A stretch of 64,000 nt of DNA from the IMG/VR virus record IMGVR_UViG_3300027278_000003; one strand, 5' to 3'. This document shows positions 1-11,100 of this stretch, one piece after another (positions within the stretch are counted from its first letter, which is position 1; each line of letters starts with the position of its first letter). Position numbers and translations under genes: made by a program. Under the pieces are notes generated by a model. The model ran no database searches, was not told the DNA's origin, and saw nothing but the letters and a program-made list of their open reading frames with translations. Origin of the DNA: a virus. Taxonomy: Duplodnaviria; Caudoviricetes.

Positions 1-2
1 AA

Positions 3-938
3 TCTGGTAAATGTAAGGTTATAATAGATACTGTATTAGAAGGATTTTTTTTAACAGCGTGGCGGTTCATACATCATATATTTGACAGTGAGCCAAGTAG
101 CATAATATGGTTAACTGGTGATTATAAATTAGCATACAAAAACGATATAGGATACGACCTCAGAACCATAAATTATTGGGAACGTCACATGAGTGAGCAA
201 AATCAATCAGGTGATGAAATGCGAGAGTTTTTAAAAGAAATATCAACGCCGCCAAATCCAAATGGCACTCGTTTACACTATTGCACATATTATAACAGAA
301 GAATACGAAATCACCGCGTGGACATGATGATTGAAATGTTTCATCGTGAACAAACAAAAAATATGATTTGGTCGTGGGGCGGCAACGTTGAAAAGTATGC
401 AATGCATATACGCAGCCCAAGATACAGAAACTATATAATAAACAAATTTGGCAATGAGTATATAAATGCCGCAAGCGATGTTCTTGCTTGGGGTAATCGA
501 CAATCACATCCATCCACGACCGACAATTTATCTGTTAACTTATGCCAAATATATAATTTTGACCACATACGAAATACATATTATCAATTTGTAGTAGAAA
601 CTTTTGCATCAGATGGGATACATACATTCCTGAGTGAAAAGACATTTAAAGCGTTTCTGTTTAGACAACCATTTGTGATGTGGGGAGATCCGAACACGGT
701 TTCCGAACTTCGCAAGTCTGGATATAAGACATTTGATCATTGGATAAATCATAGCTACGATACTATAGAAAACCCAGATGATCGAAGACAGGCTATTGCG
801 GATGAAATCGTGAGATTGAATTCTATACCAAAACATGAATGGACATCAATGTTAATTGAAATGCAAGAAGAATTGAACCACAACTATCACCATTTGGTTG
901 ACACCGCACACAACCGCTATTCGTTGAAATTAGAGTAA
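3..938 (+). CDS. Glycosyltransferase-like protein, 5'-truncated by the window edge
   Basis: Frame +3 is open from base 3 through the called ATG at 189. The motif SEKTFK...QPFVMWG...GYKTFD...SYD resembles phage GT10/fucosyltransferase-like proteins. Confidence 0.5.
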   Translation, partial: SGKCKVIIDTVLEGFFLTAWRFIHHIFDSEPSSIIWLTGDYKLAYKNDIGYDLRTINYWERHMSEQNQSGDEMREFLKEISTPPNPNGTRLHYCTYYNRRIRNHRVDMMIEMFHREQTKNMIWSWGGNVEKYAMHIRSPRYRNYIINKFGNEYINAASDVLAWGNRQSHPSTTDNLSVNLCQIYNFDHIRNTYYQFVVETFASDGIHTFLSEKTFKAFLFRQPFVMWGDPNTVSELRKSGYKTFDHWINHSYDTIENPDDRRQAIADEIVRLNSIPKHEWTSMLIEMQEELNHNYHHLVDTAHNRYSLKLE

Positions 939-942
939 TATC

Positions 943-1374
943 ATGGAACTATATACACTACAGCCAAACTTACCAGAAATACCAGAACACTTAATATTAA
1001 AAGATCCCGAACTTATACGTAAAATACCTGATAACTTTCCATATCCAAACCCAACATATTCTACACATGACGTAAGCCCAGTGTTACGAATTTGGTTGCA
1101 AAAACACTTTGATTTTAAATTTTATGTGAATTATCAGGTCATGTATAGACAACTTCCTATACACATTGATATCGACCGAGAGGTCTGTTATAACTACATA
1201 ATTGATACAGGTGGTGATAACGTCAAAACTAGGTGGTACGACGACTCACAGACTACTGAAATTCATAGCGTAGTTGTTCCCGAACGAGTTTGGCACAAAC
1301 TTGATGTATCCAAACCACATGACATTAGTGAAGTTTCTAGACCAAGATTTAGTATTACTGTTTGGCCTGCATAA
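943..1374 (+). CDS. 2OG-Fe(II) oxygenase/cupin-like protein
   Basis: HxD (PIHID), distal His (KPH) and C-terminal RFSITV strand. Confidence 0.55.
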   Translation: MELYTLQPNLPEIPEHLILKDPELIRKIPDNFPYPNPTYSTHDVSPVLRIWLQKHFDFKFYVNYQVMYRQLPIHIDIDREVCYNYIIDTGGDNVKTRWYDDSQTTEIHSVVVPERVWHKLDVSKPHDISEVSRPRFSITVWPA

Positions 1375-1377
1375 TAA

Positions 1378-1401
1378 AAAAGGGGACCTAAGTCCCCTTT
1401 T
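1378..1401. terminator. Bidirectional intrinsic terminator
   Basis: AAAAGGGGAC-CTAA-GTCCCCTTTT between convergent stop codons. Confidence 0.8.
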
Positions 1402-1409
1402 CCATTTTA

Positions 1410-2162
1410 TTAATCGTCTTCTCCGTAGATTTTTAGAACTTCTACAACTGCTGGGTGCCGTTCAACATCCATCATGTCAAAACGTGATATTGCAATATGT
1501 TTTAGATTTGCATGTTCATAACGTCTTACTAAGTCCATAAAATCTGAGAGACCATTCTCCGAAAATCCCCTATCGTGTTGTTTTAGGTCTCCAGTTACGA
1601 TCATCTTAGCACCGTTGCCGATACGCGTTAGTAGCATTTTCATTTGCGACTTTGTAGCGTTCTGCATCTCGTCTGCGATGATCCAAGCATTTTCAAATGT
1701 TCTGCCGCGCATATAAGCAAGCGGTGAGATTTCGATTACGTTGTTTTCTAACATCATCGTAATTTGATCTACTGTGAAATGCTTTTCAAAAATATCAAAT
1801 ATTGGTCTTGTCCAAGGTGCCATCTTCTCATTTAGATCACCCGGCAGGAAACCGTGTTGCTCGTCCACTGATACTGCTGGACGAGTAATAACAATCTTTT
1901 TCACCTCTCTTTCCATAAATGCTTTGATACCCATTTGTGTACACAACAGCGTTTTACCTGTACCAGCTGGCCCGATAGCGAATACAATATTGTTATCTGG
2001 ATTTGCTAGTTGATAAAGGTAATCTTCCTGTGCTATGTTACGGGGTAAGATTGTTGGTAATGTTTTTCTGTGTAGTGGAATAATGCCATGATCGTTTGAG
2101 TGTTGAGTCTCACGGCTGACTCGGCTATTAGTGTGTTTTTCAACACGCTTTTTTCTTGCCAT
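1410..2162 (-). CDS. phoH: PhoH-family ATPase
   Basis: GPAGTGKT, ITRPAV, GFLPG, YMRGRTF, DEMQN and GDLKQHD motifs. Confidence 0.95.
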   Translation of the reverse strand: MARKKRVEKHTNSRVSRETQHSNDHGIIPLHRKTLPTILPRNIAQEDYLYQLANPDNNIVFAIGPAGTGKTLLCTQMGIKAFMEREVKKIVITRPAVSVDEQHGFLPGDLNEKMAPWTRPIFDIFEKHFTVDQITMMLENNVIEISPLAYMRGRTFENAWIIADEMQNATKSQMKMLLTRIGNGAKMIVTGDLKQHDRGFSENGLSDFMDLVRRYEHANLKHIAISRFDMMDVERHPAVVEVLKIYGEDD

Positions 2163-2315
2163 GTTGTTGCCTCCTAGTGAGGGGATTTTCTATACGAACA
2201 AACTATTTGTTCATATATACTTATCATATAACAACCCTCAAAAAATTACAAGTTAACTTTGGACTTGACAAAAAGTTATTTCTATGATAAATACATTAAC
2301 AACGGAGAATTCACA

Positions 2316-2828
2316 ATGTCAGAAGTTAATCAAAACGATGTTCTTGATAATCTAAGATCAATCGACAAGAACGGTACCCTATTGGAAATGTTGCTAGAGT
2401 TTGAACATGTGTTAGACCAGCAAGGCATGTATGCATACAAAAACTGGAAACTAGGAGAAGTGGCTGAAGGTCCGCACCTTTCACGTTACTGGTTACATAT
2501 AAAGTTACTATACCCATACAAGAAAATGCCAGACCCACGTGCTGCATTGCGTTTGACTGATATTGGTTGTGAAATCAAATTCAACAAAGGTGTTCTTAAA
2601 ACTCCAGTTGATGTAAAATCACGCGAAGACTTGGACGAAGAAGGTAAGCCAAAACTAAAATCTAATGACGTTTGGTTAATCGACGTTTGGATGCCACGTA
2701 AATTTGTTGATGAATTCTCAGATGAAAAAATTAAAATTGGCGATGATGAAGTAGATATGTCAGAACTGAACCAAGCATATGACGATGGTTTGGACGACGA
2801 AACTAATATTGAACAGCAGGATATTTAA
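2316..2828 (+). CDS. Conserved phage hypothetical protein
   Basis: GGAG RBS then ATG at 2316 (preferred to TTG 2259); late-type GATAAATA at 2286. Confidence 0.6.
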   Translation: MSEVNQNDVLDNLRSIDKNGTLLEMLLEFEHVLDQQGMYAYKNWKLGEVAEGPHLSRYWLHIKLLYPYKKMPDPRAALRLTDIGCEIKFNKGVLKTPVDVKSREDLDEEGKPKLKSNDVWLIDVWMPRKFVDEFSDEKIKIGDDEVDMSELNQAYDDGLDDETNIEQQDI

Positions 2829-2830
2829 CA

Positions 2831-3244
2831 ATGAGATACGAACAGATAAAAGAAGGCGTTGAATACGGCGACCTACAATCACTTGTAAAAAATATCGTCA
2901 GCATTGCCGAATTCGAACCAAAAACTGGCATCGATAATGATGTTGTAGTAATTGGATTCTATGTTGACGACGAATCACCTGCACAAGACTTGGGTACTTT
3001 TCTTGAGCGCGGCGTTGCAGAAATTCTAGACACAGAAGTTTCTCCTAACCCAGACGATGAAGGTTATTACATGGTTTTCGTTGAAATAGACAATGACGAA
3101 AAACTTATGGAAAACGTGTTTGAAATGATTCTGGACACAGAACGTCTAACAAACATTCAAGAATGGACTCTGCGCTTCTTTAACGGTACTACAAAAACAA
3201 TTACAACGGAACAGATTAAAGCATGGCTAAAGACGAATACATAG
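2831..3244 (+). CDS. Hypothetical acidic protein
   Basis: Tightly packed ORF with phage-typical codon usage. Confidence 0.6.
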   Translation: MRYEQIKEGVEYGDLQSLVKNIVSIAEFEPKTGIDNDVVVIGFYVDDESPAQDLGTFLERGVAEILDTEVSPNPDDEGYYMVFVEIDNDEKLMENVFEMILDTERLTNIQEWTLRFFNGTTKTITTEQIKAWLKTNT

Positions 3245-3441
3245 AATTTGAAGGTCAGGTGGTAGACGTACTGCCGGGAAGCAAATTCAAAATTAAACTA
3301 GATAACAACCACATGATAGAAGGAACGTTGTCTGGAAAGATGCGAAAGAACAACATCAAAGTTATTCTATATGATCGTGTTAAAGTCGAAGTGTCGCCAT
3401 ACGATTTGAGCAAGGGACGTATTACGTTTAGATACAAATAA
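3223..3441 (+). CDS. infA: Translation initiation factor IF-1
   Basis: 72 aa: MAKDEYIEFEGQVVDVLP...SGKMRKNNIKVILYDRVKVEVSPYDLSKGRITFR, the IF-1 S1-fold pattern. Confidence 0.95.
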   Translation: MAKDEYIEFEGQVVDVLPGSKFKIKLDNNHMIEGTLSGKMRKNNIKVILYDRVKVEVSPYDLSKGRITFRYK

Positions 3442-3914
3442 TGTTTGCACTACCAAATATAAGAAAGTATTTCATACTTGCAGCACTGATATGTGCAGCA
3501 AGTTTCGCCGCCTGGAAATACTACACTTATACGCAAAATCAAATTCAAGTAGCAAAAACTAACGCAGCACTTGCGGAACAAGCCCTTGCAGACTCGAATG
3601 ATGCACTGTCAATGGTACGAGAAGATTTGATACAAGTTCGTGAAGAATTCGACCGAGTATCACAAGAATTCGCAGACGCACAGCGCAGAGTAGATGTATT
3701 GGAAGAAAAACTAACAGAGCATGAAATTGGCGCATTGGCGCAAGCAAAGCCTGCACTAGTTGAAAAAATAGTTGACAATGCTACACAAGATGTGTTAAGA
3801 TGTTTTGAGATAGAAAGTGGGTCACCACTTACACAGGAAGAAATCAATGCAACACGCCCGAGTGAAATCAACACTAGCTGTCCTGACATTGCTAACCCTA
3901 ACTACCGCCCTTAG
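3441..3914 (+). CDS. Putative i-spanin (Rz-like)
   Basis: N-terminal TM helix, long coiled coil, C-terminal Cys pair; overlaps a lipoprotein ORF. Confidence 0.65.
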   Translation: MFALPNIRKYFILAALICAASFAAWKYYTYTQNQIQVAKTNAALAEQALADSNDALSMVREDLIQVREEFDRVSQEFADAQRRVDVLEEKLTEHEIGALAQAKPALVEKIVDNATQDVLRCFEIESGSPLTQEEINATRPSEINTSCPDIANPNYRP

Positions 3915-4251
3915 TGCGTGTTCGACAACTCCACAAGTTGTTGAATATCAAGGAAAGCCAATCGACAGACCTGAACTAATTCTGCCACAAACTTCACAAT
4001 TAGATTTACGCAAAGTAGATTATATTGTTGTCAACCGCGACAACATAGAAGAAGTGTTTGCAGAACTTGAACGCACAGGTCAACCTATTGTACTTTTTGC
4101 TCTTACGAGTGACGGATACGAAGCACTAAGTCTTAACATCGCAGATGTCCTACAACTAGTGTCACAACAGAAAAATGTTATTGTCGCATATAGGAACTAT
4201 TACGAAAACGCAGATAGCGCAATTGCAGCACATAACGCAAGTGTCAAATGA
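3862..4251 (+). CDS. Putative o-spanin lipoprotein (Rz1-like)
   Basis: Signal peptide and lipobox LSAC; overlaps the i-spanin 3' end. Start uncertain (GTG 3862 or ATG 3847). Confidence 0.6.
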   Translation: MKSTLAVLTLLTLTTALSACSTTPQVVEYQGKPIDRPELILPQTSQLDLRKVDYIVVNRDNIEEVFAELERTGQPIVLFALTSDGYEALSLNIADVLQLVSQQKNVIVAYRNYYENADSAIAAHNASVK

Positions 4252-4634
4252 CAGATTACTATACACTGTTCGGTCTAACTAAATACTCTAGTAAAGACGA
4301 TATAAAGAAACAATACAGACTACTTCTAGAAAAACATCATCCCGATCTTGGAGGTGATGGAGATCCCGAAAAATTAAATCTTGTTATCGAAGCATATAAA
4401 CACTTGATGTTTGATGCAGACAATTATATACTGAATTTACACATTACGGTAACTTTGTCGCATGAACAACTTGCGTCTATGTTAGGAACAACGCACGACT
4501 TTATGAGTTCTGATATTGATGCAATCTTTAGCGTCAAAGTACCGTATGAAACACGAATTGGCGATACAATTTTAATTAAGAATATCGCACACAGCACTAA
4601 TCTAAAAATAACATTTAAGGACGAAAATGAGTAA
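4248..4634 (+). CDS. DnaJ-domain protein
   Basis: DYYTLFGL...YRLLLEKHHPDLGG J-domain with intact HPD. Confidence 0.85.
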   Translation: MTDYYTLFGLTKYSSKDDIKKQYRLLLEKHHPDLGGDGDPEKLNLVIEAYKHLMFDADNYILNLHITVTLSHEQLASMLGTTHDFMSSDIDAIFSVKVPYETRIGDTILIKNIAHSTNLKITFKDENE

Positions 4635-6852
4635 TCAACCTGATAGAGTGAACCTTTCAATTGAACGTGCAATTATGAAAGCAAGTTCATTGTCACATGA
4701 ATACGTCACACTTGAACACCTGCTATATGCAATCATCGAAGAAGATGATGTAAGCGACCTTCTAGGTAAGATTGGCGTAGATATTGGACAAGTAGCAGAA
4801 GAACTGGAAGACTATCTAGGATCACGCGACGACATTACCGTTCCCGGTCTAGAAGATGCTCCGCGTAAAACTCTTTCACTTGATCGGGTTTTCAACCGCG
4901 CAGTAACGCAAGTTATTTTCAGTGGCAGAACAAAACTACACTGCCGCGATATTCTAGTGTCGCTATTGAGTGAAAATAGTTCACATGCGTATTACATTCT
5001 ACGCAAAGCCGGAGCAAGTCGAGCAAAAGCAATCGAAGTTCTACAGCAAGAAGTGTATCAGCAGAATGGCGGCGGTATGCCAGCACAACAGGGACAGCAG
5101 CAAGGCGGCCCTGTTAAGTTTGAAGACTTCTGCACAAACTTGAACCGAGAAGCAGCGGAAGGTCGTATCGACCCAGTTATCGGACGTGATCAGGAACTTA
5201 TCGACCTGTCAGAAGTTCTTGCAAGACGTAAGAAGAACAACGTTATCATCGTAGGTGAACCTGGCGTCGGTAAGACTGCAATCGCAGAAGGTCTTGCACT
5301 AAACATCATTAACGACAATGTTCCAGATACACTAAAAGACAAGATTGTTTGGTCACTTGATGTTACATCACTTGTTGCTGGTACAAAATATCGCGGCGAA
5401 TTCGAAGAACGCGCAAAGACTGTGTTCGACCAACTTGCCAAGAAAGATAACGTGATCCTGTTCATTGACGAAATTCATATGATCATGGGCGCGGGTTCAG
5501 CAGGTGGTTCAAATATTGACATTGCGAACTTGCTAAAGCCACTACTTGCAAGCGGCAAACTTCTTTGCATTGGTGCAACCACTAGTGAAGAATATCGTGA
5601 AAACTTTGAAAAGGATCGTGCGCTACAACGTCGATTCCAGAAAGTTGTTATTGATCAACCAAGCAAAGAAGATACTAAACTAATTCTTAAAGGGCTGAAG
5701 CAATACTACGAATCATTCCACGAGCGTGGCTATGACGACGAAGCCGTAGAACTTGCAGTTGATCTAGCAGAACGTTATATGCATGGTAAGTACAACCCAG
5801 ACCGCGCGATTGACATCATGGATGTTGCTGGTGCTAGAGCAAAACTACACAAAAATGAAGGCAACGTTACAGTACGTGATGTACGCGAAGCAGTATCAAA
5901 AATTACACGTGTTCCACTAGAAATGATTGATACTAAGGAAAACAAGAATTTTGCAACGCTTGAAGATAATATCAAGCAAAAGCTATTTGGTCAAGATAAA
6001 GCAGTTGGCGCACTTGTAGAAGCAATTCTAGTTTCAAAATCCGGTATGCGCCCTCGTAACAAACCAATCGGTTCGTTCTTGTTTGTTGGACCGACTGGTA
6101 CTGGTAAAACTGAACTATGTCGTCAGCTTTCTGCAAATCTTGATATCCCACTAAAGAAATATGATATGAGTGAATACATGGAACAACACTCCGTATCAAA
6201 ACTAATTGGTGCCCCTCCAGGTTATGTTGGACATGCCGAAGGCGGCGCTGGCGCAGGTAAACTTATCAATGACGTAGACGAGTCACCAAACTGTATCGTC
6301 CTACTTGACGAAGTTGAAAAAGCGCACCCAAGTGTTATGAACCTCTTGCTACAAGTTATGGACGATGGTAAGTTAACTAGTTCAACTGGTAAAACAGCAG
6401 ATTTCAGCAATGTTATTCTAATTATGACTTCAAACTTGGGTGCGGCGCAAAAATCAAAACGTGCAATCGGTTTCTCAACTGATAATGACGATGCATCAAT
6501 GCAAGCGGTAAACAAGTTCTTCTCTCCTGAATTTAGAAACCGTCTGGATGCTATGGTAGAGTTCGTGCAACTAGGACGTGAACAAATAGATATGATTGTT
6601 GACAAGTCTATCAATGAACTAAACGAAATGCTCAAAGAAAAGAACGTTACAATTGTTCTATCTCCGGCAGCAAAAGAGTGGATGCGCGACAAGGGTTATG
6701 TACCTGATATGGGTGCGCGCCCACTACAGCGTGTTATCAATGATTACATTAAGAAACCATTGTCGAAAGAAATTTTGTTTGGTGCGCTACAAGACGGTGG
6801 CACAGCGACAATAAATATAGTCGATGATGGAGTAACATTTGAATACACCTAG
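4627..6852 (+). CDS. clpA: ATP-dependent Clp protease ATP-binding subunit, ClpA-like
   Basis: Clp N-domain, two AAA modules (GEPGVGKT, GPTGTGKT), FIDEIH, LLDEVEKAH, GARPL; lacks the ClpB middle domain. Confidence 0.92.
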   Translation: MSNQPDRVNLSIERAIMKASSLSHEYVTLEHLLYAIIEEDDVSDLLGKIGVDIGQVAEELEDYLGSRDDITVPGLEDAPRKTLSLDRVFNRAVTQVIFSGRTKLHCRDILVSLLSENSSHAYYILRKAGASRAKAIEVLQQEVYQQNGGGMPAQQGQQQGGPVKFEDFCTNLNREAAEGRIDPVIGRDQELIDLSEVLARRKKNNVIIVGEPGVGKTAIAEGLALNIINDNVPDTLKDKIVWSLDVTSLVAGTKYRGEFEERAKTVFDQLAKKDNVILFIDEIHMIMGAGSAGGSNIDIANLLKPLLASGKLLCIGATTSEEYRENFEKDRALQRRFQKVVIDQPSKEDTKLILKGLKQYYESFHERGYDDEAVELAVDLAERYMHGKYNPDRAIDIMDVAGARAKLHKNEGNVTVRDVREAVSKITRVPLEMIDTKENKNFATLEDNIKQKLFGQDKAVGALVEAILVSKSGMRPRNKPIGSFLFVGPTGTGKTELCRQLSANLDIPLKKYDMSEYMEQHSVSKLIGAPPGYVGHAEGGAGAGKLINDVDESPNCIVLLDEVEKAHPSVMNLLLQVMDDGKLTSSTGKTADFSNVILIMTSNLGAAQKSKRAIGFSTDNDDASMQAVNKFFSPEFRNRLDAMVEFVQLGREQIDMIVDKSINELNEMLKEKNVTIVLSPAAKEWMRDKGYVPDMGARPLQRVINDYIKKPLSKEILFGALQDGGTATINIVDDGVTFEYT

Positions 6853-7549
6853 CACTGTATATTCGACTAAACTATTTTATAAGAAGTATCCATACAAGAT
6901 CACTTACAAGAGATTGTATGGATTCCCTTCTGCCGAAATAATAGAAATGTACAATGCTAGATGTGGTAATGGGCAAACACGACATTTCGATTGGTGGTGG
7001 TGTCCTCTTCCAGAAAGCGACGAAGACAAAGATAAACGAAAGCGTTGTTATTCATATTTGAAGAATAATTTTAAAGACATAAAAGTTCATAACGTAGCAA
7101 CAACCTGTATATACTTCCTCACAAAGGACGACTTTGAACGAGCAAAGAAGCGTTACAAAGAATTACATGTAGAATACACTGAACCGTTTATCGAAGAACT
7201 TCCAGAAATTACTGAAAAGTATCCGGAGAGTGTAGAATTTAAGAAAAGTCTGTATTTCAAAAATTATAGATACCGCGTCACACTTGCACCTAATGATGAT
7301 TTTAGAACACATGTCGCAGAATATCTTGCGATAAATTTTGCAGATAATGAAAACTATCGTTTAAACAAAAATATCCTAGTAGCTGGCGGTGTTATAAACA
7401 ATCATACTGTAAGACGCTACATTGGCTATTATCATACATACAATTTATACTGCAAAGATAGAATAGATTTAGAGTTTATTACGTTCGTAATTAGCGAGTG
7501 TATCGCCAAAATAAGTAAAGTGGTACTCATTGAAGAAATAGATAAATAA
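6839..7549 (+). CDS. Hypothetical protein
   Basis: ORF overlapping the clpA stop. Confidence 0.55.
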   Translation: MNTPSTVYSTKLFYKKYPYKITYKRLYGFPSAEIIEMYNARCGNGQTRHFDWWWCPLPESDEDKDKRKRCYSYLKNNFKDIKVHNVATTCIYFLTKDDFERAKKRYKELHVEYTEPFIEELPEITEKYPESVEFKKSLYFKNYRYRVTLAPNDDFRTHVAEYLAINFADNENYRLNKNILVAGGVINNHTVRRYIGYYHTYNLYCKDRIDLEFITFVISECIAKISKVVLIEEIDK

Positions 7550-7596
7550 GAATAACACTAAAAATAGTTTTATCTATATATAATGAGGACACCAAA

Positions 7597-7758
7597 ATGG
7601 CGAAGATCAAAGAAGAAATTCTTGTAATCAAAATTTCCACAATAACAAAAGATGGTCAAGGTCCAGACGTAGTTAACGATGAAATCGCTGCAACAATTGA
7701 AGCAGTAATTACAGAGTTACTAGGCAACGCCGCTGTGGTGGAATTAGAGAAAGCATAA
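7597..7758 (+). CDS. Small protein missed by the ORF track (53 aa, MAKIKEEILVIKIST...VVELEKA)
   Basis: GAGGA RBS, ATG 7597, TAA 7756-7758; late promoter GATAAATA at 7541. Confidence 0.7.
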   Translation: MAKIKEEILVIKISTITKDGQGPDVVNDEIAATIEAVITELLGNAAVVELEKA

Positions 7759-7768
7759 GGAAACTACG

Positions 7769-8137
7769 ATGGCTAGAAAAACCACAACTCTCATGCCAAA
7801 CAGTGGCGTAGAACTAAACGTAACTGGCGACCCAGTACCGGGCGATAGCTATTATGGTTATACTGACGGTATTCACACCGTTGCAATCTATTGTCAAAAT
7901 CTAACAGGACGTGTCAAAGTACAAGGTACACTTGCAACCAATCCCGGTGAAGGCGATTGGTTCGATATCTTGTTAACTGGTATGCCGTACAAAGATTATA
8001 CAGGGTTTACTGGAGTTGAAGGTTTTACTTTCATAGCGAACCTAGTTTACCTAAGAGCAATTTTAGACCGCGATTCACTTGGCATAACAGACGTAACAGG
8101 CGCAGGTTACATTGATAAGATTTACTTGAATTACTAA
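7769..8137 (+). CDS. Putative virion structural protein
   Basis: AAGGA RBS; in a late operon ahead of fibre genes; beta-rich. Confidence 0.55.
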   Translation: MARKTTTLMPNSGVELNVTGDPVPGDSYYGYTDGIHTVAIYCQNLTGRVKVQGTLATNPGEGDWFDILLTGMPYKDYTGFTGVEGFTFIANLVYLRAILDRDSLGITDVTGAGYIDKIYLNY

Positions 8138-8150
8138 AGGACAGAGATAA

Positions 8151-11100
8151 ATGAGTATTAACGCACAACCGTTTGCACCCACGTTCAAATTGGTGGGGAA
8201 CCTACAGCAAGATCAAGTCTTGGTATTTGATGTTAGCGAAAATGCATTTGTCAATACTACAACAGGCTTAGGTGGCGGCGTAGCATTGATAAGCGATGCA
8301 CAAAATCTTGGTACAGGACATGGCATTTTCGAAAGTATTGCTGGCTCATCCATGCAATTCAAAAGCATTATTGCTGGTTCAAATGTAAACATTGTAGACA
8401 ATGGCGTTGCACTTGTTCTTAATGTTGACGTTACTGAAACTGTACAAACTGGTACAAACGTTGGCACTGGTACACCTGTATTCAAGCAACTAAATGTTGA
8501 CAATCAATTAGAATTCAAAAGCATTGCAGTTGGTTCAGGTCTGACCCTAGCAGACAATGGTTCTACTCTAACTATCTCACTAAACGCAACAGCGGGTGGT
8601 GTTCTCGTTCCGTCAAACAATCTGTCCGATTTGACTGACGATGCGGCCGCCCGTGTAAATCTAAGTGTATACTCAAAAGCAGATTCAGATGCAAAGTTCT
8701 TTAAGCTAGACAATCATAACATCCCATCAGTAGATAACAGATGGGATATCGGTTCTCCTGAAAAACGCTTCAATGACGTTTACGGTGAAACATTCCATGG
8801 CACTGCAATCCGTGCAGAGGAACTTGCTATATCTGGTCAACTAGGTAACGTGTTAATGCACAACGGTACGAAATGGGTGGCATCTCCAGACTTTGCACAA
8901 AAATCATATGTTGATGCGCAAGTTGCGGCGGCGGTAAGCGGCGGTAATATTGATCTAAGTGGATATGTAACCGATGCAGAACTAAGTGCAGCAATCGCAG
9001 GTGTAACTCACCCAGCGGCAGATTGGAATACACTTCTAAACAAACCAACACTATTCGATGGACAATATTCATCATTGACTGGTGCTATTGAAGGGCTATC
9101 AAGCGATACAGGTACGAATACACTCACATTGAAAGCGGGTTGGAATTTAATCCCAGAGGCAGATAGTCTACAAAGTCTAGGTTCCCCAACAAATCGCTTT
9201 ACAAACATCTATCTAGACAATTCGACTATTTCAATTGGCGACAATAGCCTAGAAGCAGACGCGAATGGAACTCCTCTATGGAACAGTGAGGCGCTTGCGA
9301 CACGCAACTATGTCGATACAGCGATTGCAAACATTTCAACTGGTGGTTCGGTCGATCTAACTAACTACTACACAAAAGGTGAAGTTGATGCATTGATCCC
9401 AACTACATTCTCAGGCGACTACAACGATCTAATCAATACACCAGCGATCCCATCACTTGCAGGTTATGCGACACAGCAATGGGTTATTGATCAAGGCTTT
9501 ATGACAGGCGATAGTGATAACCAATCGTTGACACTAACTGGTACTGTTCTATCAATTTCAAATGGTAATTCGGTTGATCTAGCCGCAATTGATACAAACG
9601 TTGATCTAACTAACTACTACACAAAAGGTGAAGTAGATGGATTAATTCCAACTGTATTCAGTGGTGACTACAATGATCTAACTAACACCCCATCTATCCC
9701 AGAAACACTGCAAGATTTGACTAATGTTTCAAACGTTGCGCCAGCAGATGGTCAGCATCTTGTTTATGTAGCCTCGACGGGTCTTTGGACTCCTAGTGCA
9801 TCATCGACTGGTTCAGGGACAGGCTATTCAGATGCAGACGCACGTGCAGCAATTTCAGGTGGTACAGGTCTATCATACAACAGCACAACTGGTGTTATGG
9901 CTCTTAACGCTGAAATCGGTCAGCTTACAAATGTTGATACTGCTGGCATACAAAACGGTCAAGTTCTAAAATGGAACGGTTCTAGTTTTGTCCCTGCAAA
10001 TGACACAGTTCTAACATCAACTGATCAACTTCCAGAAGGTACAACAAACAAGTGGTGGACAGATGCAAGATTTGATTCACGTTTTGCAGCGAAATCAACA
10101 AGTGACCTAGCAGAAGGCACAAATCTATACTTTACAGATGCACGTGTTGATGCACGACTTGCAACACAATTGGTTGCGGGTACAAATATCACAATCACAA
10201 ACGGTGCAGGTGGCGTTAGAACAATTTCAGCAGCGACAACTGATCTGAGTGCGTATGCAACAACAGCATATGTAGATAGTGCAGTATTCAGTGGCGTATA
10301 CGCAGACCTAACTGGTAAACCAACACTATTCTCAGGTGATTATAACGATCTAACTAACAAACCTACACTGTTTGATGGTGCATATACATCACTAACTGGG
10401 ACACCAACAATCCCAGCAGATGTATCAGACTTGACAGATACGCAAAATCTATTAGGTGGTTCAACATACGGCGATAGTGATGTTCTTGCACTAAACAATG
10501 GCGGTCTAGAACACATGATCCCAAGTGCAGACGTTACATATGATTTGGGTAGTGCAACATACAGATGGCGTGATTTATACCTAAGTGGTAACACAATTCA
10601 CATCGGTGACGCAACACTGTCTAAGGATGCAGACGGTCTAAAATATAATGGTTATGATCTACAAGACTTCAACAACTTGAAGAATAAACCTGATCTAAGT
10701 AACCTAACAGACACAAACGTTAATAACGTAAACCGTCCCGTAACATATGCAGCACTTAACACACAACTTGAACCATATATTACTGCGGATGAACTAACAG
10801 CAGCACTTGCTGGCGTTACACTATTCTCTGGTGACTACAATGATCTAACTAACAAACCAACTATACCAGCAGATATAAGTGATTTAACTGATATTACTGG
10901 TCTTCTTGGAGCAGCAACAGTTGATCTAACTAACTACTACACAAAAGGTGAAGTAGATGCATTGATCCCAACTGTGTTCAGTGGTGACTACAATGATTTA
11001 ATCAATAAACCAACGATCCCAGACGTTACTGGTTTCGCAACAACTACGGATGTAGCAAATGCAGTAGCGAATATCAATACATTCTCAGGATCATACAACG

